DNA of 64,000 nt from a bacterium HR28 (GTDB lineage Bacteria > Chloroflexota > Chloroflexia > Thermomicrobiales > Thermomicrobiaceae). A program made the translations under genes and the position numbers. A model generated the notes under the pieces. It searched no databases, was not told the origin of the DNA, and saw only the letters and a program-made list of their open reading frames with translations. Position 1 is the stretch's first letter. Each line of letters begins with the position of its first letter. The DNA lies in NCBI GenBank assembly GCA_002898255.1, contig BEIE01000006.1:49251-113250 (forward strand), given 5' to 3'. Below, one piece after another: positions 43,953-52,730 of this stretch.

Positions 43953-45053
43953 TCACGGCAGCTCAAGCAACTCATGGGGAGAGGCGGTAAGTCGCTCTGC
44001 GCCTTCTTCTGTGATGATAACGACGTCTTCAATGCGGAGTCCCCAGCGGTTCGGAAAGTAGACGCCGGGCTCGTCGGTCACGACCATCCCGGGCTGCAGC
44101 ACGTCCCGGTTGCCTTGGACGAGATACGGAGGCTCGTGAACGCTGAGCCCCAGTCCATGCCCAAGGCGGTGAATGAACGCTTCGGCGAGGCCGTGTTGGG
44201 CGAGCACGTCACGGGCGATCTGGTCGATCTCCTCGCAGGGCACGCCAGGACGCATGGCCGCGAAGGCAGCCTGTTGTGCCTCAAGCACGGCCTCGTACGC
44301 GGCTGCGAAATCGGGGTCGCGGAGCGAACCAGCGACCGGCGTCCGCGTCATGTCTGCGTAGTAGCCTTGGTATGGACCTCCAATGTCGATGACCACAGGA
44401 TCACCGGGTTGGACGATGCGATCACTTGTCGAATGGTGCGGCGAGGCGGCGTTCGGGCCGCTGGCAACGATACAGAACTCGACGTGGTCGAGTCCCGCTT
44501 CGAGTAGCAGTTCGGTCAGACGCCAGGCGATCTGCCGTTCTGTTCGCCCAACGAGTTGCTCGCTCGCGCAGAAGCGTGCCCAGGCGGCGTCGACGCGGGC
44601 GACGGCCTCGCGGAGGAGGGCCAGTTCAGCAGGGCTCTTGACGATACGAAGGGTCTGGAGGAGAGGGCTGACACGGACGAAGCGGCGATTCGGCAGCCGC
44701 TCCTGGAGAGGGAGGAGAAATGCGGCCCAAAACTCATCGTTGACGCCGATTGTGTGCGCAGCGAATCGTTCGAGCTGAGACGCGAGAAGTTGAAGAGGAT
44801 CTTCGCCGTCCTTCCAACGCAGTACTGTGCCAACACCCACCTCTGCGAATCGTGGCGCTTCGAGTTCTGGAACGACGAGAACCGGCTCACCGTCGCAGGG
44901 AAGCACGAGCGCGAGCAGTCGCTCACTCGGGCTCGCTGGTTGCCCAGTGAGATACCGGAAGTCAGCGGAGGGACCGATAAGCGCGGCGTCAATGCCATGC
45001 TCAGCAAGGAGCGAGCGTGAGCGGGCGAGCCGGTGCTCAAGTTCAGTGCGCAT
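43953..45053 (-). CDS. M24-family Xaa-Pro aminopeptidase
   Basis: Creatinase-like N-domain plus a pita-bread domain (HRLGHGLGLSVHEPPYL, GVYFPNRWGLRIED). Start taken at ATG 45051-45053. Confidence 0.88.
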   Translation of the reverse strand: MRTELEHRLARSRSLLAEHGIDAALIGPSADFRYLTGQPASPSERLLALVLPCDGEPVLVVPELEAPRFAEVGVGTVLRWKDGEDPLQLLASQLERFAAHTIGVNDEFWAAFLLPLQERLPNRRFVRVSPLLQTLRIVKSPAELALLREAVARVDAAWARFCASEQLVGRTERQIAWRLTELLLEAGLDHVEFCIVASGPNAASPHHSTSDRIVQPGDPVVIDIGGPYQGYYADMTRTPVAGSLRDPDFAAAYEAVLEAQQAAFAAMRPGVPCEEIDQIARDVLAQHGLAEAFIHRLGHGLGLSVHEPPYLVQGNRDVLQPGMVVTDEPGVYFPNRWGLRIEDVVIITEEGAERLTASPHELLELP

Positions 45054-45069
45054 ACATGACCCCCTGCTG

Positions 45070-46215
45070 TCACGATGGGAAACGGTAGATGCGCTGGGCA
45101 TTCCCGTAAAGGAGCAAAGTGGCATCCGTCTCAGCGTCGGCGAGCGTTGAGAGTCCCTCATCGATCAACGCGCCGAAGGCACGGACGATCGCGTGGCGCC
45201 ACATCCGCGCGACGAACCATTGGCGCTCTGGAAGGAACTGGCCACCCGTCGAGGCGAGCAGCTTGGTCGTGGGGACACTCGCGAGGAGTTCGCGCAGCAG
45301 CGCAGGTGCCTCGCTGGGACGGCTCAAGAATGCTGGACCAGGATCAAGGTACAGGTGCGGATAGCGGCGGGCAAGGGCGAGTGCGTGCGGATGCAGGCGA
45401 ACGGCACTCACGAAGACAAGCGGGACGTGCTGATAGCGTGGTTCATCGAGAACGATCTGAAAGAGCGACGGGTCGTCTGCGTGGGGATCTCGGGCTGATC
45501 CCTGAGCCAGGAGAATCTGGAAGGGAATGCTCAGTTCCGCGGCGACCTCGAGCGCGACCCAGAACAGTGCGTAGAGGAGTCTCCGGTGTTGCAGCTGCCT
45601 AAATGAGCCGGCGTCGATCTCGGCGCGGACTTCGTAGAACGAGCGATCCGCGGTGGCGACATCCACCGGCTGGATGGCGAGCGACGTTCGCTGCGGGAAG
45701 TCGCTGACAAAGCCGAGCGCGCCGCGACCGACTGCCTCGGCGAGGGATTGCGCGAAAAGGGTACGGAGTTCGTCCCAGGAGGAGCAGTGCGGGAGGAGCC
45801 GTTCGGCAAGCGGCTCGATCGGAACGAGAGATCCGATTGGGCGTTGGATGATCGCCGCCCACTCGGTAGGAGAGCGGGTCATTTCGTCTTCGGCAACGAT
45901 GGCACAACAGGGGCCAAGGCGCGCGTCATCCGCGAGGAGCCGTTCGTACTCGTCAAGAGAGCGTTCGGCACGGGCGGCAAGGACAGCTTGTTCGGTCGGG
46001 TCGCAACCGAGGAGTTCGGCGAGCCAGCGAAGTGCGAGGCGATAGGGAAGCGTAAAAGGGGCCGAGCGCTGCGCGTCCGGCAGAGCGTCAGGGAGGAAGC
46101 AACGGTGGAAATACCCGGCAGGGATGCGAGGAGCGAGTCGCTGGGGCGGGGTGCAGGAGTGATCGAAGAGAGGTCGATCGGCTAGCCGCTCGTGGAGCCA
46201 ATCGCGTGCGGACAT
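45070..46215 (-). CDS. amidohydrolase-superfamily-like protein, function unknown
   Basis: 381-aa ORF from ATG 46213-46215. The C-terminal ...LLASTGGQFLPERQW...LLLYGNAQRIYRF resembles amidohydrolase-2 family ends. The N-terminal metal motif is atypical (FDHSC). Confidence 0.5.
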   Translation of the reverse strand: MSARDWLHERLADRPLFDHSCTPPQRLAPRIPAGYFHRCFLPDALPDAQRSAPFTLPYRLALRWLAELLGCDPTEQAVLAARAERSLDEYERLLADDARLGPCCAIVAEDEMTRSPTEWAAIIQRPIGSLVPIEPLAERLLPHCSSWDELRTLFAQSLAEAVGRGALGFVSDFPQRTSLAIQPVDVATADRSFYEVRAEIDAGSFRQLQHRRLLYALFWVALEVAAELSIPFQILLAQGSARDPHADDPSLFQIVLDEPRYQHVPLVFVSAVRLHPHALALARRYPHLYLDPGPAFLSRPSEAPALLRELLASVPTTKLLASTGGQFLPERQWFVARMWRHAIVRAFGALIDEGLSTLADAETDATLLLYGNAQRIYRFPS

Positions 46216-46334
46216 ATCCCAGCTCCCTTGCCGTCCCGCGCGCCTAGCTGCGCAGCGTCTTCCGCAAGCAATGTCCGGAGCACAGCAGCATTTCGCCGAC
46301 CTCATGGTACACTGCGGCGTGCTGGAGGTGGTCA

Positions 46335-47573
46335 ATGATCGAGCGCACGGAGGGTCGAGTCCCCCTGGTCGACCGTGACGATTGGCAAGCGCAGCTTGAG
46401 TCGCTCTACGCCATCTCGGTCGAGATTGCCGGGCTGAGAGAACTCAGTGCGGTTATGGACCGGGCGCTCGAGTATTGTTTGGCGCTGACCGCGTCGACCT
46501 TCGGCTTCGTGGGGCTCGTCGACGGGCCCGAGACAATGGATGTGGCCGCAATCCGCGGGTTCGTGCCGGATCGACCAGATTTTTATGAGCGATTTCGGAA
46601 AATTCCGATCCGGCGAACGATCTTCGGCATCGTGATCCTCGAAGGCCGGCCGAATATTTCCAACGACGTGCGGAACGATCCGTTGCATCGTGGTGCACCG
46701 CGCGGTCATCCGCCGGTAGAGACGTTTCTTGGCGTACCGTTGAAGGTGCGGGAGCAGACGATCGGGATGATTGGAGTTGCCAATCGTCCTGGTGGATACG
46801 ATGCGGGGCACGAGCGTCTTTTGAGTACCTTCGCGAATCAAGTGGCGGTTGCGATCGAAAATGCGCGTCTCTACGAGCGGCAACGGCAAATGATCGCGGA
46901 TCTCCAACAGCTGCACGCGCGGCTCGATGCAGCTCGGGTGGAAGCGCTGCTCCATCAGGAGCGCAACCGGATCGCAGCGGAACTGCACGATCGGGTGGCA
47001 CAGATTATGTTCGGAATCGGGATCGAGGCGACCTGGTGTCGAGAGCAGCCGGGTGTGCCAGAGCCTGTGCTACGGAGCCTCGATCGTATCCGCGAACTCG
47101 CGGCCCGCGGAGCGGCCGAAGTGCGCCGGGTGGTGTACGACCTGGCGGAGTTCCCGGAGAGTGGGCGGGAACTGGTCGAAGAACTCCGGCGGCTTGTGGA
47201 GGCGTACCGGAGCGAGGAGTTGCAGGTCGAGTTGGTACTCGAGGGGAAGCCGCGACGTCTCCCCCACGCTCTGGAGGATACGATCCTCCTGATCGCGAGC
47301 GAGGCGCTCACCAATGTCCGGCGTCATTCCGAAGCGGATCTGGCGATCGTGAGCCTGCACTTCACTGACCAAGCTGTGACGCTGGTGGTCCAGGACAACG
47401 GACGAGGCGTACCCCCAACGTTGCTCACCCAATGCGCCAATCAGCTTGGGCATGTGGGGCTACGATCGATGCGACGCCGGGCTGAGTCAGTGGGGGGTGA
47501 GCTGCACCTGCAAAACGGTGAAGACGGTGGTTTTGTGGTCCGGGTCGTGATACCGGCGGAACCACGATGGTAG
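46335..47573 (+). CDS. GAF-domain sensor histidine kinase (HisKA_3/NarX-DesK type)
   Basis: GAF domain, then the H-box RNRIAAELHDRVAQ, then an HATPase_c domain (LTNVRRHS...VQDNGRG...GLRSMRRRAE). Confidence 0.88.
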   Translation: MIERTEGRVPLVDRDDWQAQLESLYAISVEIAGLRELSAVMDRALEYCLALTASTFGFVGLVDGPETMDVAAIRGFVPDRPDFYERFRKIPIRRTIFGIVILEGRPNISNDVRNDPLHRGAPRGHPPVETFLGVPLKVREQTIGMIGVANRPGGYDAGHERLLSTFANQVAVAIENARLYERQRQMIADLQQLHARLDAARVEALLHQERNRIAAELHDRVAQIMFGIGIEATWCREQPGVPEPVLRSLDRIRELAARGAAEVRRVVYDLAEFPESGRELVEELRRLVEAYRSEELQVELVLEGKPRRLPHALEDTILLIASEALTNVRRHSEADLAIVSLHFTDQAVTLVVQDNGRGVPPTLLTQCANQLGHVGLRSMRRRAESVGGELHLQNGEDGGFVVRVVIPAEPRW

Positions 47574-47583
47574 GTGAGCAAAC

Positions 47584-48225
47584 ATGAAGGAGAGACCGCT
47601 CCGCATCGCTATCATTGACGATCACGAGATCGTGCGCAGCGGGGTCAAGCATATCCTTGAAGGAGACCCAGAGTTCGAGGTAGTCGGCGAAGCGGCGGAC
47701 GGGCCGAGCGGCGTGGCGATGGTGGATACACTGCGGCCTGACGTCGTGATCGTCGACGTGCGCTTGCCTTCGATGCAGGGTGATGACGTGTGCCGTCTCA
47801 TTCGAGAACGCGTTCCCGGCGTGCGCATCCTGATCTTGAGCGCCTTTGGTGAGGACGAACTGGTTTACCGGTGTCTGGTGTCAGGGGCCCAAGGGTACGT
47901 TTTGAAGGATATTGTGCACTTTGACTTAAAGGAGAGCTTAAAAGCGGTCGCTCGCGGCGAGGCAGTGCTCGATCCGCGCGTGGCGACGGCCGTCATCGAA
48001 CGGCTACGAAGCCGTGAAACTCCGAGCGAGGTACCCCTCTCGCCACACCAGTTATCGGTGTTGCGGCTGATGGCGCAAGGACTTTCCAACCGCGAGATTG
48101 CTGAACGGTTATTCCTGAGCGAGAACACTGTGAAAGGATACGTCCAAGAGGTGTTGCGCCGCTTGGGAGCTCGGAATCGACTCGAGGCGGTGATGATCGC
48201 AAACCGGCGTGGTTGGTTGAGCTAA
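47584..48225 (+). CDS. NarL/LuxR-family response regulator
   Basis: Receiver domain (IAIIDDHEIV...VIVDVRLPSMQG) plus a LuxR HTH (LSPHQLSVLRLMAQGLSNREIAERLFLSENTVKGYV). Confidence 0.92.
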   Translation: MKERPLRIAIIDDHEIVRSGVKHILEGDPEFEVVGEAADGPSGVAMVDTLRPDVVIVDVRLPSMQGDDVCRLIRERVPGVRILILSAFGEDELVYRCLVSGAQGYVLKDIVHFDLKESLKAVARGEAVLDPRVATAVIERLRSRETPSEVPLSPHQLSVLRLMAQGLSNREIAERLFLSENTVKGYVQEVLRRLGARNRLEAVMIANRRGWLS

Positions 48226-48229
48226 AGGT

Positions 48230-48931
48230 GTGGTGATTGTGCGGATTGGTGCAGTTGTGCTTGCTGGAGGGCGTTCGGAGCGTTTGGGCCGACCGAAGCA
48301 GCTCTTGCCGTGGGATAGCCGGACGCTGATCGAGACGGTCATTGACGAGGTGTGTCGAACGCCGAGCCTGACGGCGGTTGTGGTGGTCCTGCGCCCCGAG
48401 GTTGCGGAGCAATTGGGTGTGCAGCCAGGTGAGTCACTCGGTTGTGCGCGCGTGGCGCTGCCGGAGACCGAGGGTGAGGGGTGCGCTGCATCGTACCGGA
48501 GCGGGTTAACGGCACTGGAGGACTCCAGGCTGGACGGCGTCGTGATTGTGCTAGGGGACCAACCAGGACTTAGGGCAGAGACGATTGAGCGGGTAGTGAA
48601 GGTTTGGTCTGAGTCAGGTGCGCCGCTCGCGGCGACGCGGTACCGGGATGGGGAGGGACATCCGCTCGTCTTTGGGAAGGAGCTGTTCGGGGAACTGGTA
48701 GCCCTCCGCGGGGAGAAGGCGGCGTGGAAACTGGTGGATCGGTACCGAGATCGGGTGCTGTGGGTGGAATTCGACGAGCCAATGCCACGAGACATCGATA
48801 CGGAAGAGGACTATCGAGCCGTACGGGAGGCCTGGGAGGGCCGAGCCCGCACGGAGGGGCATCTCCTTACCCGGTTGCCGGAACGTGAGAAGGGAGGGGT
48901 CGGTGACAGGCGAGAAGGAACCGCGGAGTGA
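48230..48931 (+). CDS. mocA: MobA-like NTP transferase, molybdenum cofactor cytidylyltransferase (MocA-like)
   Basis: GAVVLAGGRSERLGRPKQLLPW... is the nucleotidyltransferase signature. MCD cofactor is required by the coxL-type enzyme encoded 2.4 kb downstream. Confidence 0.75.
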   Translation: MVIVRIGAVVLAGGRSERLGRPKQLLPWDSRTLIETVIDEVCRTPSLTAVVVVLRPEVAEQLGVQPGESLGCARVALPETEGEGCAASYRSGLTALEDSRLDGVVIVLGDQPGLRAETIERVVKVWSESGAPLAATRYRDGEGHPLVFGKELFGELVALRGEKAAWKLVDRYRDRVLWVEFDEPMPRDIDTEEDYRAVREAWEGRARTEGHLLTRLPEREKGGVGDRREGTAE

Positions 48932-50900
48932 TCTGCTCACCATCGATGAACTGGTGACAATGCGACGGCCATCGGACGTGCACATGTCTCCTGATGGGGA
49001 GCTTGTCGCCTACGTGGTGCGGCCAGTGAGTCGAGAGGGAGAGCACTGGGAGAGCAGTATTTGGGTAGTACCGTTCGCTGGTGGCGAGCCACGACAGTTC
49101 ACGAGCGGGTTGTGGCACGACGAGCAACCGCGTTGGTCTCCGGACGGGCGGCTTCTGGCGTTCCTTTCGGACCGTGCCGAGCGTGGGAAGGCGAGTGTCT
49201 ACGTCATGCCACGCGACGGTGGGGAGGCGATTCGCGTTTTTGAGCAATCTGGTGAAATCGCCGAACTTCGCTGGTCGCCTGATGGCCGATATCTGTCCTT
49301 CCTGATGGTGGAACCCGAGACAGAGGAAGAAAAACAGCGTCGAGAGCGACGCGATGATGCGCGGGTCTGGGATACCGATTGGAAATTTCGGCGTCTGTGG
49401 ATCGTGGAACTTGCGACGAGGCAGGCGCGTCTGGTCTCCCCGGAGCGGGTACAGGTGTGGGGGTATGCCTGGGCGCCGGACAGCCGGCGTGTGGCGCTCG
49501 CGATAAGCTGGTCCCCGCGAGTCGATGACCTCTATCGGGAAACCGCGGTCGCCGAGCTGCAAGTGGAGGAGGGCAGCTTTCGGGAGCTGTTCCGGGTGCG
49601 AGGGCTTGCAGAGGATCTCGTATGGTCAGCGGACGGAGAGTGGCTGGCCTATCGGGGACCGGCTGGGCGAGTGGTGCACGGGGAGTATGTGTTTCGGCGC
49701 CGTGTCGATGGAGGAGAGGCGGAGTGCCTCACACCCAGCTATCCGGGAACGGTAGAACATCTGGGAGCCTACCGTGGTGGAGAGCAGCTCGTCATTGTTG
49801 GGTATGAAGGGGTAAACGCGCGGGTTTATCGACTGGGGTGGGACGGAGAGCGGCGGTTGCTGTGTCCGCGAGTTGAGGGTAGCTGGCACGGGCCGGTGAG
49901 CGGGAGTGCGGATGGTGAGCGGTGGGCTGGGGTATGGTCGGACGGGGAGCACGTTCCGGACGTGTGGGGGTGGCGCGCTCCGCACGACATATCCCACAGC
50001 GAACCGGGAAACGGTGCGGAATCGGCAGATCTCCTTCGTCTTACCCAGTTGCACCCTGAGATTGAAGCGAAGCTCTGCCCGGTACGAGCTCTTGAGTGGG
50101 AGAGTGACCCCGGCGTCCAGGTGCAGGGGCTGCTGGTCTTGCCGCGGGGCGAAGGAAAGCCTCCATACCCGCTTGTCGTTCAGATCCACGGTGGCCCAAC
50201 GAGCCTGTGGGCCAACGAATTCGCCGGTTCTTGGCATGACTGGGCCCAGCCACTCGCCTCGCGCGGTTGTGCCGTTCTGCTCCCGAACCCGCGCGGGAGC
50301 ACCGGGCGGGGGACGGAGTGGGTGAATGCGCTCTTCGGTGACGTCGCTGGGGGAGAATTCCGTGATGTTCTCGCTGGGGTGGACTTTCTCGTTGCACAGG
50401 GCCTGGCTGATCCTGAGCGGTTGGGTGTCTCCGGTTGGAGCTGGGGAGGCTACTTGACCGCTTGGACAGTCACACAGACGAATCGCTTTCGGGCCGCATT
50501 TATGGGAGCCGGACTCTGTAATCTGATCAGTGACAATAATCTTGGTGATATTCCTTCTGCCAATCTCTCTTATTTTGCGCATACCCCGTCTGAGGATCCG
50601 GAACCTTACTGGGAACGGTCACCAATCCGGTATGTGGCACGCGTGTCGACGCCGATACTCATCGCGCATGGTGAAGAGGACGAGCGCGTCAGTCCCTGCG
50701 AGAGTATCCAGTTCTATCGAGCTCTGCAGCTGCTCGGGAAGCCGACCACCCTGGTCACCTATCCCCGAGAGAAGCACGGGTTTGAAGAACGGCAGCACCA
50801 GCGCGACCTCTTGATGCGCATTCTCGCCTGGTTCGCAGAGCATCTCGACTTCCCAGCGCCGGAGCGAACTGCCGCGCCGGTGTCCCTTGCGGCGCAGTGA
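48903..50900 (+). CDS. S9-family serine peptidase (prolyl oligopeptidase/acylaminoacyl-peptidase-like)
   Basis: N-terminal beta-propeller repeats (SPDG...) and a C-terminal alpha/beta hydrolase with GVSGWSWGG. The GTG at 48903 follows GGGAGGGG; the ORF-track start at 48885 is also possible. Confidence 0.88.
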   Translation: MTGEKEPRSDLLTIDELVTMRRPSDVHMSPDGELVAYVVRPVSREGEHWESSIWVVPFAGGEPRQFTSGLWHDEQPRWSPDGRLLAFLSDRAERGKASVYVMPRDGGEAIRVFEQSGEIAELRWSPDGRYLSFLMVEPETEEEKQRRERRDDARVWDTDWKFRRLWIVELATRQARLVSPERVQVWGYAWAPDSRRVALAISWSPRVDDLYRETAVAELQVEEGSFRELFRVRGLAEDLVWSADGEWLAYRGPAGRVVHGEYVFRRRVDGGEAECLTPSYPGTVEHLGAYRGGEQLVIVGYEGVNARVYRLGWDGERRLLCPRVEGSWHGPVSGSADGERWAGVWSDGEHVPDVWGWRAPHDISHSEPGNGAESADLLRLTQLHPEIEAKLCPVRALEWESDPGVQVQGLLVLPRGEGKPPYPLVVQIHGGPTSLWANEFAGSWHDWAQPLASRGCAVLLPNPRGSTGRGTEWVNALFGDVAGGEFRDVLAGVDFLVAQGLADPERLGVSGWSWGGYLTAWTVTQTNRFRAAFMGAGLCNLISDNNLGDIPSANLSYFAHTPSEDPEPYWERSPIRYVARVSTPILIAHGEEDERVSPCESIQFYRALQLLGKPTTLVTYPREKHGFEERQHQRDLLMRILAWFAEHLDFPAPERTAAPVSLAAQ

Positions 50901-51337
50901 GCGGACGCTAGGTGCGGCGGGTAGGATCACCGCCTCATTGTGTGATTCTCGCTGTGTTGCGCGCCAGCGCTGGTGACGACCGGTATCGTCAGGCACTGTG
51001 TCGCACGCGGGAAGAGGAAGATTCGACGCGAGACACTGAGAGGGCTAGTACACTTATGCGTCCCCACCCTGCGCCTTGAGACGCTGACCTCCTCCGATCC
51101 GGTGATCTTACCCTCCGAACGGAGGGTGAGAAGACCACTGATCGGACTGTTTCCCACTTGGCGCCTGCCTGTTACACTCCTCTGGTGAGAAGAGGAACCC
51201 AGTAACACAGTTGTGGCCGAGCCCTGAAGGTGACGTGCGCCTCTGGCACGCTGGCCGATCATATGTCGGCCCGGCTGGTGGCTGCGCTCGGGAGCGCGAG
51301 GAAACGGCGATCGATCCGGAACGAAAGGAGCCGAACG

Positions 51338-52213
51338 ATGATTCCGGGGCCATTCCGGTACCGCAGGGTTCGCTCCGTGGACGAGGCTGTTGCACTGCTC
51401 TCCCAACTGGGAACCGACGCGAAGGTTTTGAGTGGGGGGCAGAGTTTGATCCCGATGATGAAGTTTCGGCTTGCTGAGCCGAGCTATCTTATTGACATCA
51501 ATCCGATTCCTGGGCTCGACTTCATTGAGGAGCGCGACGGGATGCTCCGTCTCGGCGCGCTGGTTCGGGAGTCCACGCTTGAGCGCTCGTCGCTCGTGCG
51601 TCAACGCTATCCCATCCTGCATGACACGGCTGAGGTGATCGCGGACCCGCTTGTCCGCAATCTGGCGACAGTCGGCGGTAACTTGGCCCATGGCGATCCA
51701 GCGAATGATCATCCGGCAACGATGCTCGCACTGCGCGCGCAGGTGGTCGCGCGCGGACCGAACGGAGAGCGTGTCATCCCGATCGATGACTTCTTCGTTG
51801 ACACGTTCGTGACAGCGCTGCAACCGGACGAGCTCCTAACGGAGATTCGCATCCCGGCCCCACCGCCGCGATCGGGCGGAGCGTACCTCAAGTTTGAGCG
51901 CAAGGTCGGAGACTATGCGATCGCCGCAGCAGCGGTGTTCCTCGCGCTTGACGAGGCTAGGCGGATCACACAGGCCGGCATCGGGCTCACAAATCTGGCT
52001 TACAAGCCGTTGCGAGCAGTTGATGCAGAGCGTGCGCTGCTTGGCCAGCAACCAAGTGAGGAACTCTTCCGACATGCCGCGGAACTCGCGGCCCAGGCGA
52101 CCGATCCAGTCAGCGACTTGCGCGGGCCAGCGGACTATAAGCGTGCAGTTGCTCGGACGATGACGCTGCGCGCATTGCGCCGGGCTCTGGAACGCGCTCA
52201 GGCGAATGCCTGA
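51338..52213 (+). CDS. coxM: aerobic CO dehydrogenase medium (FAD-binding) subunit
   Basis: ATG 51338 follows AAAGGAG. MIPGPFRYRRVRSVDEAVALL...LSGGQSLIPMMKFR is an FAD_binding_5 domain. Gene order is M-S-L. Confidence 0.9.
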   Translation: MIPGPFRYRRVRSVDEAVALLSQLGTDAKVLSGGQSLIPMMKFRLAEPSYLIDINPIPGLDFIEERDGMLRLGALVRESTLERSSLVRQRYPILHDTAEVIADPLVRNLATVGGNLAHGDPANDHPATMLALRAQVVARGPNGERVIPIDDFFVDTFVTALQPDELLTEIRIPAPPPRSGGAYLKFERKVGDYAIAAAAVFLALDEARRITQAGIGLTNLAYKPLRAVDAERALLGQQPSEELFRHAAELAAQATDPVSDLRGPADYKRAVARTMTLRALRRALERAQANA

Positions 52214-52225
52214 AAGGGGGAAAAG

Positions 52226-52726
52226 GTGGAAACGTTGCCGATCCAGGTAACAGTGAATAGCCGTACCTATACTGCCGAGGTCGAGCCTCGGTTGCTGCTC
52301 GTGCACTTCCTGCGCGACGTGCTGAATCTGACCGGAACGCACATCGGTTGCGATACGACGAGTTGCGGCGCTTGCACGGTGCTCTGGAACGGTCGGCCGG
52401 TAAAGTCTTGCACGGTCTTCGCGGTGCAGGTTGACGGTGGCGAAATCCTCACCGTCGAGGGTTTGGAGCGCGACGGACAGTTGCATCCGGTGCAAGAGGG
52501 CTTCTGGGAAGAGCATGGGCTGCAGTGTGGCTTCTGCACGCCCGGGATGATGATGACCGCTGTCGCACTACTCAACGAGAATCCGGATCCAACGGAAGAA
52601 GAGATCCGCAAGGCCATTTCCGGCAATCTCTGTCGGTGTACCGGGTACGTCAACATCGTCAAAGCCATCCAGTATGCAGCCCGGAAGCTGCGCGAGGGCG
52701 CGACCGTCCATGTGGGAGGAGCGTGA
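52226..52726 (+). CDS. coxS: aerobic CO dehydrogenase small ([2Fe-2S]) subunit
   Basis: Has [11 protein letters not shown] and [11 protein letters not shown] cluster motifs. Confidence 0.92.
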   Translation: METLPIQVTVNSRTYTAEVEPRLLLVHFLRDVLNLTGTHIGCDTTSCGACTVLWNGRPVKSCTVFAVQVDGGEILTVEGLERDGQLHPVQEGFWEEHGLQCGFCTPGMMMTAVALLNENPDPTEEEIRKAISGNLCRCTGYVNIVKAIQYAARKLREGATVHVGGA

Positions 52727-52730
52727 AGCA

